Of a DNA stretch of 33,497 nucleotides, positions 1-11,750 are shown one piece after another. The translations under genes and the position numbers were made by a program. The DNA comes from Octopus sinensis (taxonomy: Eukaryota): positions 1 to 33,497 of the forward strand of contig NW_021832102.1 in assembly GCF_006345805.1 (NCBI RefSeq), written 5' to 3'. Positions within the stretch are counted from its first letter, which is position 1. Each line of letters begins with the position of its first letter. The notes under the pieces are model-generated. The model was given only the letters and a program-made list of their open reading frames with translations. It was not told the DNA's origin and ran no database searches.

Positions 1-696
1 GTACCAACGCCATGACCAGAGAGGATGACCAGACCGATACCAACAGCACCGAGGAAGTAACCGGTCCCACACCCTATATTACTAGCAACGGCACCCACAC
101 CACCGCTAGCAGCAGCAGCGCCAACTCTATGGCCTGTGATGACTACCACGGCGATAACAACCACAGCGACAACAGACACGCCAGCACCGCCGGGCCAGCG
201 CGCTATAATGATAGCAATATTGGACAGCAGCCACAACAACACCGGTAACGACACTAAAATCTCCAGGTCCGGTGCCAACTAAAGATACACCAGAAATGCG
301 AACATAGCCAACGTCCGAGCCTATTAATAAATCGGATCGGCCAGCACAGCCTTCAAATGACGCTTCTACAATCACCCGTCATCCTTCAGGGTCTCAGAAA
401 GACGTTTCGTCACGTCCCTGGCCAGTCAAATGTGGTACTTCAAAGATCAAGGGACCTCCATCTAATACCATGTGGAAAATCTTAGGACAACCGGGCCCTT
501 GCACTAATGGGAACGATCCCTTCATACTCGCTGAGTACTAGTCAAGAAATATTCAAGAAATATTCACAAGGCTGCGGCTTCCGTGGATGCGAAACGATTC
601 GTCACTCTAAACAGACTTTAACTTTAGTGATTTAATACTTTACTGATCTTTAGAGTGTGGTTCTTATTCAGATATATGATATAATGACAAATATAT

Positions 697-702
697 ACAT
701 AC

Positions 703-735
<33 letters not shown>

Positions 736-746
736 ATATAATATAT

Positions 747-793
<47 letters not shown>

Positions 794-850
794 CATACAT
801 ACATATACATATATACATATTCACACACACACACAACACACACACACACA
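697..850. repeat. Compound (TA)n/(TACA)n/(CA)n microsatellite
   Basis: Directly visible; accounts for ORFs 624..851 and 657..863. Confidence 0.95.
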
Positions 851-910
851 TAGTAATATATAGTTGAAAAAAGGTTAGCGATCAATACAAATTAACATTT
901 TATATATATC

Positions 911-1202
911 AAAGATGGAGGTGGAAATAGCACAGAAGTAAATCTAAGACATTTCAATTTGAGAAAGAATTTAATAAAATTACTTAAAAATTATATAAAG
1001 AAAATAATACCAGCTTCAATGTTTTTGACACCCCAGACAGAAGATAAACTGTTTTTATTTCAAATTTTTATAAGTTGTTACTGATATTTGTTCATCATCG
1101 AAAACCGGTAATATATTCTTTATATAATTTCAAAATCATTTTATTAAATTACTTCTCAATTGAAATGTCTTAGATTTACTTTGGTGCCATTTCCACCTTT
1201 AT

Positions 1203-1206
<4 letters not shown>
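911..1206. mobile_element. Foldback/MITE-like element with ~100-bp imperfect inverted arms
   Basis: Left arm aaagatggaggtggaaatagcacagaagtaaatctaagacatttcaatttgagaa... (911-1013) matches the reverse complement of 1105-1206 (...ttctcaattgaaatgtcttagatttactttggtgccatttccacctttatcttt); ~90-bp spacer; TA runs on both sides. Confidence 0.75.
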
Positions 1207-1235
<29 letters not shown>

Positions 1236-1239
<4 letters not shown>

Positions 1240-1305
1240 ACACACCCACTGGTAAAGTTTCCACTCATTTACTTGAGTGGAAACTTTACAGGTGAGTGTG
1301 TTAAA
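1236..1305. repeat. 70-bp hairpin palindrome (32-bp arms, 3 mismatches, 6-nt loop)
   Basis: tttaacacacccactggtaaagtttccactca-tttact-tgagtggaaactttacaggtgagtgtgttaaa. Confidence 0.85.
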
Positions 1306-1442
1306 TAATAATGCTCTAAAAGGGAATATCTTTCCCCAGACACAACAAAATATGCTTCAACACACGAACTCACATAAAGAATCTTGCAAACCAAATCCAA
1401 ATCCCCAAACGGAATATATATATATATATATATATACGAACA

Positions 1443-1641
1443 CACGACGGGGACATGAAAAGTTCTTGAATTTAAGGATATCGCGAAAGGCCTGTTTCTT
1501 TTACAGGGCTTAGAAAACCTGAAAGGCAATTGCATTAAGTGTGTGAATCTGAGAGTGGAATATGTTGAATAAAATGGTAATTAACTGATCCTCCTGTGTT
1601 TTCTTTAACCCAAAGTCGGGAACTTTTCAGCAACCCTTCGA
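1443..1641 (+). mobile_element. Non-autonomous mariner-derived MITE retaining the transposase C-terminus
   Basis: Degenerate ~30-bp TIRs (cacgacggggacatgaaagttc... / ...gaacttttcagcaacccttcg). Internal frame reads LLQGLENLKGNCIKCVNLRVEYVE*, resembling the mariner C-terminal G-x2-L-x2-RW-x-KCV-x3-G-x-YVE motif. Confidence 0.75.
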
Positions 1642-1732
1642 TTGTATGTATGTATGAGCGTCCAATAATACTATATTTGTTCCACATCCTCGCGTTGTTA
1701 TGTTTTCTCTTTGTGTTTTCATGTTTGGATTA

Positions 1733-1830
1733 ACTATGTATGTATGTATGTATGTATGTATGTATGTATGTATGTATACATACATACACACATACATACA
1801 TACACACATACATACAAACAAACATACATA
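1733..1830. repeat. (ATGT)n followed by (ACAT)n microsatellite
   Basis: Directly visible. Confidence 0.95.
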
Positions 1831-2440
1831 CATATAAATACATTTAAAAATATGTACATAAACGTGTTTTTGCGTGCATGCTTTATTATGCATTATACTG
1901 AAAACCACAATGCGACACCGCCTTTCTAATTACACGGCACCGATATTTCATACAAAATTCACCCATGTGAGTATTTATTTACGGTTTAACAAAACTTCTA
2001 ATCTCGATAAGTATCTCATCTGATTTCTGTACAATTCACGATCCACTTAACACTATTAATATCAAATGTAGCAGGATATCACACCTAGACTCGGTGCAGA
2101 GAGAATAAAACATGTTCTCACGCCCAGACTATTTACAGAGGCTATCCAGTGAGGGGAAAAAATAGAGATCCAATGGAGTGCATTTTGTAATTAACAATCT
2201 ATGACATAGCTAAGAAGCTAAAATTGTTGGGAATGTTATAAGACAAGTCAGCCGATTTGATCAACCCCAAATCAACTGCAGAGAAATTTAAACATAAATC
2301 TGCCTAACAAAATTGAGCAAACCTGGACGATCACACGGGTTCTGTAAATCTATCCATTTCATATTTATTAAATAATGTGGGAGATAAAAGTATTTCTTAA
2401 CTGTTCAACTCGGCTCAAAGTATTTAAAATTTTATAGACA

Positions 2441-2890
2441 TAGGTGCAGGTGTGACTGTGTGGTAAGAAGCTTGCTTCCCAACCACATGGTCCCGGGCTG
2501 AGTCCCACTGCGGGGTACCTAGGACAAGTGTCTTCTACTATGAATTCGGGCCGACCAAAGCTTTGTGAGTGGATTTGGTAGACGGGAACTGAAAGAAGCT
2601 CCTCGAATATGTATATGTGTGTGTTTGTATGTGTGTATTTGTGTGTGTGTGTATGTATGTGTGTGTGTATGTATGTGTGTGTGCGTGCGTGCGTGTGTAT
2701 GTTTGTACCCCCGACATCGCTTGACAACCGACGTTGGTGTGCTTACGTCTCAGTAACTTAGCAGTTCGGTAAAAGCGATGGATAGAATAAGTACCGGACT
2801 TACAAAGAATAAGTCCTGGGATCGATTTCTTCGAATGAAAGGCGGTGCTCCAGCATGGCTGCAGTCAAATGACTGAAACAAGTAAAAGAA
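2441..2890 (+). mobile_element. SINE family A (tRNA head, CORE-like domain, internal microsatellite), full length
   Basis: Head ggtgcaggtgtgactgtgtggtaagaagc with B-box-like ggctgagtccc; CORE-like (g)gtacctaggacaagtgtcttctacta; internal (GT)n; tail ...cagtcaaatgactgaaacaagtaaaaga. Homologous copies at 3822, 12126, 13990, 30891. Confidence 0.85.
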
Positions 2891-3029
2891 CAGACAATAG
2901 TTAATGCTTCAGAGGACTACGATTAGAACGTCATATTGGATTACTACGCAAAACGAGGTTGAGCTAAGCACTCCAAACAATGTGCCGTAACCATTTACAC
3001 TGTAGATGTCCCAGTTAAAGATAATAAAT

Positions 3030-3421
3030 GTAACGTGGGAAGCACTCTGTCGGTTACGACGACGAGGGTTCCGGTTGATCCGATCAACGGAACAGCCTGC
3101 TCGTGAAATTAACGTGTAAGTGGCTGAGCACTCCACAGACACGTGTACCATTAACGTAGTTCTTGGGGATATTCAGCGTGACACAGAGAGTGACAAGGCC
3201 GGCCCTTTGAAATACAGATAAAACAGAAACAGGAAGTAAGAGTGAGAGAAAGTTGTGGTGAAAGAGTACAGCAAGGATCACCACCATCCCTGCGGGAGCC
3301 TCGTGGAGCTTTTTAGGTGCTTTCGCTCAATAAACACTCACAACGCCCGGTCTGGGAATCGAAACCGCGATCCTACGACCGCGAGTCCGCTGCCCTAACC
3401 ACTGGGCCATTGCGCCTCCAC
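3030..3421 (-). mobile_element. SINE family C (tRNA-derived), full length with 14-bp TSD
   Basis: Minus-strand head gtggaggcgcaatggcccagtggttagggcagc...ggtttcgattccc (A/B boxes). TSD taaagataataaat at 3016-3029 and 3422-3435. Second copy at 13471-13831. Confidence 0.9.
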
Positions 3422-3783
3422 TAAAGATAATAAATATACGTTTCACAACCGGACTTTAAAATACATTAGCAACACTTGACAGCAAAAGAACTGAAAAGAA
3501 CGATTGTATTTAAAATACACGAAAGATTAATCAGTATGAAGACAAGTAATTAGAAAATTATTTAAAAAATTACCACTAATAGTCTACAAAATGGACTACA
3601 AGAATATGTAATAAAATGTAAAGAGAAACTAAGAAAAATTGTTTCTAAATACGAAAAAACAAATGAATAGATTTGTCAATAAGGAAGCCATTAAAAATTT
3701 AAAGGATTATGAAAAGAAAAATAATATATAGTGGAGCAAGAAGTAACTACTTTTAAGTCAGGTACATATAACATTCGTTCCGC

Positions 3784-3821
<38 letters not shown>

Positions 3822-3997
3822 CTCTTTTACTTGTTTCAGTCATTTGACTGCGGCCATGCTGGTGCACCGGGACTTATTCTTTGTAAGCTCAGTACTTATT
3901 CTATCGGTCTCTTTTGCCGAACCGCTAAGTGACGGGGACGTAAACACACCAGCCTCGGTTGTCAAGCAATGCTTGGGGGACAAACACAGACACACAA

Positions 3998-4080
<83 letters not shown>

Positions 4081-4248
4081 CATATATACGACAGGGTTCT
4101 TTCAGTTTCCGTCTACCAAATCCACTCACAAGGTATTGGTCGGCCCGAGGCTATAGTAAAAGACACTTGCCCAAGGTGCCACGCAGTGGGACTGAACCCG
4201 GAACCATGTGGTTGGCAAGCAAGCTACTTCCATACAGCCACTCCTGCG

Positions 4249-4252
<4 letters not shown>
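3822..4252 (-). mobile_element. SINE family A, full length, long internal (CA)n
   Basis: Reverse complement of the 2441-2890 copy; minus-strand B box ggttcagtccc and CORE-like gtggcaccttgggcaagtgtc. Confidence 0.9.
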
Positions 4253-4324
<72 letters not shown>

Positions 4325-4399
4325 CATGTATGTATATATTTATACATACAGATAGACACATGAATAGATAGATAATAGATTGATATAAATCTTTTAAAG

Positions 4400-4520
4400 T
4401 ATTAGCAGACGCTCGGGGAAGGAAAGACAGATGGTTTAATGTTTCGGGCAGAGCTCCTCTTCAGAAATAGAGGCAAGTCCAATAGAAAGGGAAGATGGAG
4501 GAAGGAAATCGCTAACGAAG
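4400..4520 (-). other. Degenerate minimal hammerhead-like motif, probable Penelope-like terminal repeat remnant
   Basis: Minus strand: attt-CTGAAGA-ggagctctgccc-GAAAC-att-aaac (4468-4434). Core motifs are present; stems I and III have mismatches. Confidence 0.35.
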
Positions 4521-5582
4521 GAATGCAAAGGCTTATCGAAGCATATTTGGAATCTGAGGAAAGAAAATATAAATTACTGGAAAATAAACGAGTAAATTAT
4601 TCTGAAATATTTGCATTGTTGAAATATATAACATAATTACGCCACAATTGTGCTTTGCTCACCTGAAAGAATTAAGATAATAACATATTGCAAAGATCAG
4701 GTCAAATTGATTTTAAAATAGTTTCAATTGCAAGCTGGATAAATATCTGATGCTACAGCAACAGATGGCAGTAGAAGTACGTCAGTTTCTATAACAGCAA
4801 AAAGAAAACAGTTTAGATACAAGGAAATAGTAAAAAACATTAAATCATGAAAAAACAGAACATGACAAATTAAAAAATTCAGAAACGTCAGACAGACTCT
4901 GTCTTCGCATAGAAAATAGATATATCCGTAAAATGAAGTTTAATGAAATCGGATATAACCATGGTATCGACCAATGGAGACAAAATAGCCAACAAACTGA
5001 CATATGGGAAAGAGAACACGATAATAATGACAAAGCACGAATAAATAAATGGAAGACAGACGGCAAGAGAAATCGGATGTGACACTGTAATTGGTAGGTG
5101 ACAAGATAACATAGAAATTAGTCAATGAAAAACATGAGAACACGACAAAAGTCGCCACACACACACACATTAAATTAATATCTATAAACTAGCGAAAAGA
5201 AAACAACGGCGACAAACTGAAAAAGGAATTCATTTCAACGTATATGAACCAATTTGATTTTTTAGAAAAAATATCTTCTGAAGATCGTAGTGACATGAAA
5301 CTCGAACTACAAAAAAAAAAAAAAAAAAAATTCGCTCTAAGTAACCTACACGCACATACACCCGCACGTACACACACATATATTAGAAATCAGCTGAGGA
5401 TTCACCAAGTTGTTTCTGTGAACTTAGAACTGAGAACCAATCTATACTAAAATTTTACATGGAAAGCGACACTATGACGAACCTGTCTCAAAACACAAAG
5501 CATTCAAATTAAAAACAAGAAAGAGAATGCGTCAGCTTACACAAAAGACACAAACAAATGCATAAACCTACGTAACTAGAAA

Positions 5583-5762
5583 TGTTATATTTCGGGACGG
5601 TCATTTTTCTCTTGCCAAATATACACACGCACTACATATTCGTTCTTTATTCGTTCATTCTTTTATTATTCATAAGAACAATAATAAATTAGTGAAGAAC
5701 GAAATTATAGTGCATGTGTTTATTTTGCAAGAAAACAAAACCGACCATCCCGAAATATAACA
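5583..5762. mobile_element. Palindromic MITE (~50-70-bp arms)
   Basis: tgttatatttcgggacggtc...cacacgcacta matches the reverse complement of tagtgcatgtg...gaccatcccgaaatataaca. Confidence 0.75.
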
Positions 5763-5767
5763 ATATG

Positions 5768-5821
<54 letters not shown>

Positions 5822-5871
5822 ATATATATATATCAGGTAGAAAATATTCTAGTGGGGAAACACGGATATAA

Positions 5872-6130
5872 ATAGAGAAAGAAATAAGATGAAAAAAATA
5901 AGATTTGTTTTACAGGATTTAAGCGAATATTAGAGCCATGATAATAAATAAACCAAATAAGGTTTTGATCTTTCAGCATAACTGAAGTAAGGACCGGTTT
6001 CGCATTGCACATCAAACTGAGAGATGAAATAAATAAATTTTGTACAAAATTGTATAATCTCTTTATTATCATGGCTCTAATATACTCTAAATCACGTAAA
6101 ACAAATCTGTTTTTCATCTTATCTCTCTAT
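5872..6130. mobile_element. MITE-like element with ~75-bp imperfect TIRs
   Basis: 5872-5948 (...agatttgttttacaggatttaagcgaatattagagccatgataataaa) is inverted at 6061-6130 (tttattatcatggctctaatatactctaaatcacgtaaaacaaatct...). Confidence 0.7.
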
Positions 6131-6132
6131 CT

Positions 6133-6166
<34 letters not shown>

Positions 6167-6604
6167 TTCAGGACTTTCCTCTTTATGTAGAACAAAAATA
6201 TATTGTTTAAAATTTAATAAAAATAAGAAAAGTAACGAGAATGATCATGAATCGAGGTCTGAAACCGAATCGTTATAATAACCTGCCACAGTTTTACCGT
6301 TTAGTCTATGGAGTTCGCTATATCTTGATTAATTCGCCAAAATGTGGGCCAAAATTCATTCCTCAAATAGTTCTACGATGTTGATTTTACTTTTGTTCTT
6401 TAATTTATTTCTAGCCTCTTTTTTTTTTTTTTTTTAGTTAAGAAAGAACTTGCACCAGATACAGAGCAATACCTCTTAGATCTTAGATTTAGATCAAGAA
6501 TGTCATACGAGTTCTGTGTAGTGTATTGATGTGTGTGTATATGCTTTTGTGCGTATGTATGTGTGTAGCTTATATTTGTGTATGCATATAAACGCGTATA
6601 TATT

Positions 6605-7000
6605 TATATGTGTGTGTGTGTGTGTATAAGACGTGTTTCAGCGTGTGTGTGTATGTCTATATAATGCATGCATATATATATATATGATATAAATATAATT
6701 ATATCATACGTATATATATATGTGTGGTGTGTGTGTGTATGCATGTATTACGAATGTATATATTATATATATATATATATATAGTATATTATATATACCT
6801 ACATATACACATACATAATTATATATATACATACATATATATATATATGCATACACATATATAATTAGATATATATTCGTATAATGTACATTTGCAGTCT
6901 GTCTGTCAACATCTAATACTAATATATACATACATGTACACACATACATATATGTATATGCATGTGTGTGCATGTATTTATATGTATCTACCCACCTATA

Positions 7001-7031
<31 letters not shown>

Positions 7032-7091
7032 ATATCTATCTAAGTAGATAGATAGATTGATATAATATGTATATATGTAGATATGTATATG

Positions 7092-7122
<31 letters not shown>

Positions 7123-7301
7123 ATAGACGTGTGTGTGTGTGTATGTCTATATAAATGCAATATATATATATATATATAAATATTAATTATATATACGTAA
7201 TATATAGATGTGTGTGTGTATGTGTATGCATATATTACGAATGTATATATATATATATATATATTATATTATGTATTATATATTTACCTACTATATACAT
7301 A

Positions 7302-7335
<34 letters not shown>

Positions 7336-7486
7336 TACACACATATATAATTAGATATATATTCGTATAATGTACATTTGGCAGTCTGTCTGTCAACATC
7401 TAATACTAATATATACATACATGTACACACATACATATATGTATATGCATGTGTGTGCATGTATTATATGTATCTACCCACCTATA

Positions 7487-7536
<50 letters not shown>

Positions 7537-7545
7537 AAGATTGAT
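6605..7545. repeat. Tandem duplication of a ~490-bp microsatellite-rich unit (2 copies)
   Basis: Anchors gacgtg at 6630/7126 and ataattagatatatattcgtataatgtacatttg at 6861/7347; the cagtctgtctgtcaacatctaatactaat block is present in both copies. Confidence 0.9.
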
Positions 7546-7583
7546 CTATATATCTTATAATATGTATATATGTATATATGTTA

Positions 7584-7615
<32 letters not shown>

Positions 7616-8287
7616 TAATATATATTTAAATCTATCGGTCTGCTACGTATGGTATGTATGTATGTATGTATGTATGTATGTATGTATATATGTATGTACG
7701 TATGTATATGTGCATCCGTGTGTGTGTATACACACACATAAATATACACACATTCGTCTACACACCAATCATTATATAAACACACAGATTTGATGACAAC
7801 TAACAAATTCTTTCATTTCGTATCTGGCTTCTCTAATACTCTTCTCAGCCGTTCCACCGTCTCCACTTGAACCCACACCCACTCACCTCCTCGCCGCCAT
7901 TTAGGAAGTATTACACTGACCACCTTACCATCATCACCTTCAACCACCCCCGCCAACTCTACCACTACCTTCTATGTTATATCCACGTTCATTTATATAT
8001 TTACCATTTGGTTATATATTTTATTATTATTATTATTGTTGTTGTTGTTGTTGCTGCTGCTTGTCCTGCCCCATCTCTCTCACCTCCCTCGGCCCATTGC
8101 AATCCACTCCACTCCAACGAAGACCAAACACTTCTTCCTCTCTTTCAGCAAGTCCTTTACATTTATAACAGCGACCAAAACCTAATTACATACACACGCA
8201 TAAACACAATTACGGGCTTACATACTAAGTGCACAAACACAGACGAGCTTGTGAGAGCGGATATGTTTGTAAACACAACACACACAC

Positions 8288-8368
<81 letters not shown>

Positions 8369-8475
8369 GTATATATGTATGTATATATGTATGTAGATAT
8401 GTATTGTGCTTGTATATGTGTGGCGGTTGTGTGGTTATAGAAACAGAAGAAATAGAATTCAAAATCCAAAGAGCT

Positions 8476-8507
<32 letters not shown>

Positions 8508-8596
8508 TGTATGTATGTATGTATGTATGTATGTATGTATGCACATGCGTATGTGTGTGTATTTGTGTGTGCGTGTGTGCGCGTGTGTGCGCGTGT

Positions 8597-8744
<148 letters not shown>

Positions 8745-8748
8745 TAAG

Positions 8749-8880
8749 TTTCTTTATTAGCTACAGAGGGCCGAACACAGAGGGGACAAAATATAATGTA
8801 ACGTAGAGCTTTTCTTTTCGAAAATAGAAAAAAAGGAGAAAAATAAAATTCCGATCAAAAGGAATAAAAAAGATAGATTG
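8749..8880 (-). mobile_element. Isolated 3' tail of an L1/Tx1-like LINE or related element
   Basis: Minus strand ends ttttgtcccctctgtgttcggccctctgtagctaataaagaaa, similar to the LINE tail at 20800-20848. Confidence 0.4.
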
Positions 8881-9354
8881 ATAGGCTGGTGGTATGTATG
8901 TATGTATATATGTATGTATGTATGTAATGTATGTATGTATGTATGTATGTATGTATGTATGTATGTATGTATGTGTGTGTGTATGTGTATGTATGTATGT
9001 ATGTATGTATGTAGTAGTATGTAGGTAGGTAGGTAGGTAGGTAGATAGACAGATAGATGTAGGTGGATAGATATGCATAAAACACACACACACGTACACA
9101 CAAATATACGTACGTACACATACATTGCAGTAAGCTACAGGAATGACTGAAGAGCCTAAACTTTCGTGCGAAACCATTTGACAAACTTGTTTTACCCGTG
9201 GTGACACCTATTGAATCAGAAATGCCTGTCCACCACTGTCTTCTGGTCTCTAAGCAATGTCTTTTCTTGAATGGTATGTCACTTTTAGAGAATCTTGTTT
9301 CTTGACATTATCTCCTTCTTTGGAATTGGTCACAATCGTCCCCCCTCCAGCACA

Positions 9355-9492
9355 CACATTTACCAAATCTATTCACAAGGCTTTGGTTGCACCGAGGCTA
9401 ATAGTAGAAGACAACTGGCTGAAGTGACGCGCGGTGAGACCGAACCCACGACGACATAGTTGTGAAGCAAGCTCCTTACTCGCACAACCAAC
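9355..9492 (-). mobile_element. SINE family A, diverged 5' half
   Basis: accaaatctattcacaaggctttgg...agtagaagaca...gaaccc aligns with the other A copies. Confidence 0.7.
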
Positions 9493-9561
9493 TATATGCA
9501 AACACGAAGACATCACTTTACGACACGTTATTCCTTCGAGTCGCACAGTGAACAAGATATT

Positions 9562-10160
9562 CTTTTCTACTCTAGGCACAAGGCCCGAAATTTTTGGGCA
9601 AGTGGCCAGTCGATTGGATCAACCCCAGTACGCAACTGGTACTTAATTTATCAACCCCGAAAGGATGAAAGGCAAAATCAACCTCGGCGGAATTTGAACT
9701 CAGAACGTAATGACAGACGAAATACCTATTTCTTTACTACCCACAAGGGGCTAAACACAGAGAGGACAAACGGTTTATGTCGATTATATCGACCCAGTGC
9801 GTAACAGGTACTTAATTTATCGACCCGAAAGGATAAAAGGCAAAGTCGACCTCGGCGGAATTTGAACTCAGAACGGAACGGCAGACGAAATACGGCTACG
9901 CATTTCGCCCGGCGTGCTAACGTTTCTTATTTCTTTAGTGCCCACAAGGAGCTAAACATAGAGGGGACAAACAAGGACAGACAAACGGATTAAGTCGATT
10001 ACATCGACCCAGTGGGTAACTAGTACTTAATTTATCGACCCCGAAAGGATGAAAGGCAAAGTCGACCTCGGCGGAATTTGAACTCAGAACGTAGCGGCAG
10101 ACGAAGTACCGCAAGGCATTTCGCCCGGCGTGCTAACGTTTCTGCCAGCTCGCCGCCTTC
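9562..10160 (-). mobile_element. SINE family B trimer with 16-bp TSD
   Basis: Three tandem units, each with gagttcaaattccgccgaggt(c/t)gactttgcc...gataaattaagtac (B box plus Meta/MESC-like domain; domain name from recall). TSD cag(t/c)gaa(c/t)aagatatt at 9546-9561 and 10161-10176. Confidence 0.9.
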
Positions 10161-11523
10161 CAGCGAATAAGATATTGGATCACTTCAAACCTGTAATCAA
10201 CGAATTTATTGTTCGCAAAAATGCGAATAAAAGTACTGGTGGTGATACAATCGAAAATATCACTCCCCAGAAAATGTGTGGCATTGTGGGGTAATGTTAG
10301 TAATTATTATTTATTTTTACAAAGAAGGTCATTTTACAAAATAATAGATCATTAACAGTTTTATAAGATGTCATGTACAAAAGCTCCTAAGCTACAACTG
10401 TCAAAGAAGCCTGCTTCCTAAACAATCTAATGAGATCCGTTTTAGTTTCGTATATTTCACGGAGACTCCATAAAACTATATTTATTTTCTTAAATTTTTA
10501 TTTTCAAGTGATTGAGATTATATCTCTGTGTGTATGTATGTTTGTGTATATATGTGCATGTGTGTATACACACGCGTATATATATATATATATATATACG
10601 ATACATACATATATATGCATATACATATATAAACACACACATATACATATAAATATATGTATGTACGTATGTATGTATGTGTGTGTCTGTGCGCGCGTGT
10701 GTGTACGTGCTTACATTTGTGGTTATGTTTGTATGAATGCATTTATATGTATGCGAATATGTGCGTGCTTATATGTATATATATGTTACAGTTTGTAAAC
10801 GAAAGAGGAACATAGTACTCAATACGTAGGATAGAGTTTCCTCAGATATTTATTTAAACCGAAGATATGATCACTGCTCTCAATTCACGCTCTGAAATCT
10901 TTCAAAGGACTGAAAGATCGCTGAGCGGTAAAAACGAGCAGAAACCAAGTCTTAAGTTTAAATAAATAACTATACATATATAAATAGATGTATGCATGTA
11001 CGTGTGTATGTACGTATGTATGTATGTACATGTATGTATGTATGTATGTATGTATGTATGTATGTATGTATGTATGTATGTATGTATGCATACATATACA
11101 TACATATACACATACGTACAAGTATATGTATATATATATATATATATATGCAGACATATACACATACGTATGGACATATATATGTATTTAACTAAAGATA
11201 TATATATATATATATTTATGTACATATATATATATATATATATATATAACCACAACACACAAGCATAAAAGAGTAAACAAGACTGTGTGTCATTTAAGAA
11301 ACAGAGCTCCCTACAAACAAAATAGAGAAAAATCACTATATATATATATATATTATATTATATATATATATATGATATACATATACTATAATATACATAT
11401 GCATACATACATACACTTATAAATATATATATATATATACATTATCTATCTATCTCTCTCTGTCTCTCTGTCTCTCTGTCTCTCTCTCTATATATATATC
11501 TATTACATATACATTATATTAAT

Positions 11524-11750
11524 TATTGTCTTTATTGCTCACAGGGGGCTAAACACAGAGGAGACAAACAAGAAAAGACAAAGGGATGAAGTCGATTACA
11601 TCGACCCAAGTGCGTAACTGGTAATTATTTAATCGACTCCGAAAGGATGAAAAGCAAAGTCTACCTCAGCGGAATTTGAACTCAGATGGAACGGCAGACG
11701 AAATACCGCTAAGCATTTCACCCGCCGTGCAAACGTTTCTGCCAGCTCAT
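11524..11750 (-). mobile_element. SINE family B monomer
   Basis: Same head, B box and central domain as 9562-10160. Confidence 0.85.

Noticed and set aside
540-615. GAAAC-gattc-GTC resembling hammerhead stem III, with tcaagaaatat duplicated upstream
   Set aside because: No CUGANGA core at the required position.
4790-5330. A-rich stretch with protein-like translations (e.g. MNQFDFLEKISSEDRSDMKLELQK)
   Set aside because: Multiple stops in all frames, no recognisable motif and no clean splice pair; may be an old element, but unsupported.
9148-9185. CTGAAGA-gc...gc-GAAAC hammerhead-like core
   Set aside because: No NUH site with a paired stem III, and flanks cannot form stem I.
9493-10290. Removing the SINE trimer joins a 61-codon open frame (ICKHEDITL...CGIVG*)
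   Set aside because: Length is compatible with chance; no splice signals or homology recognised.
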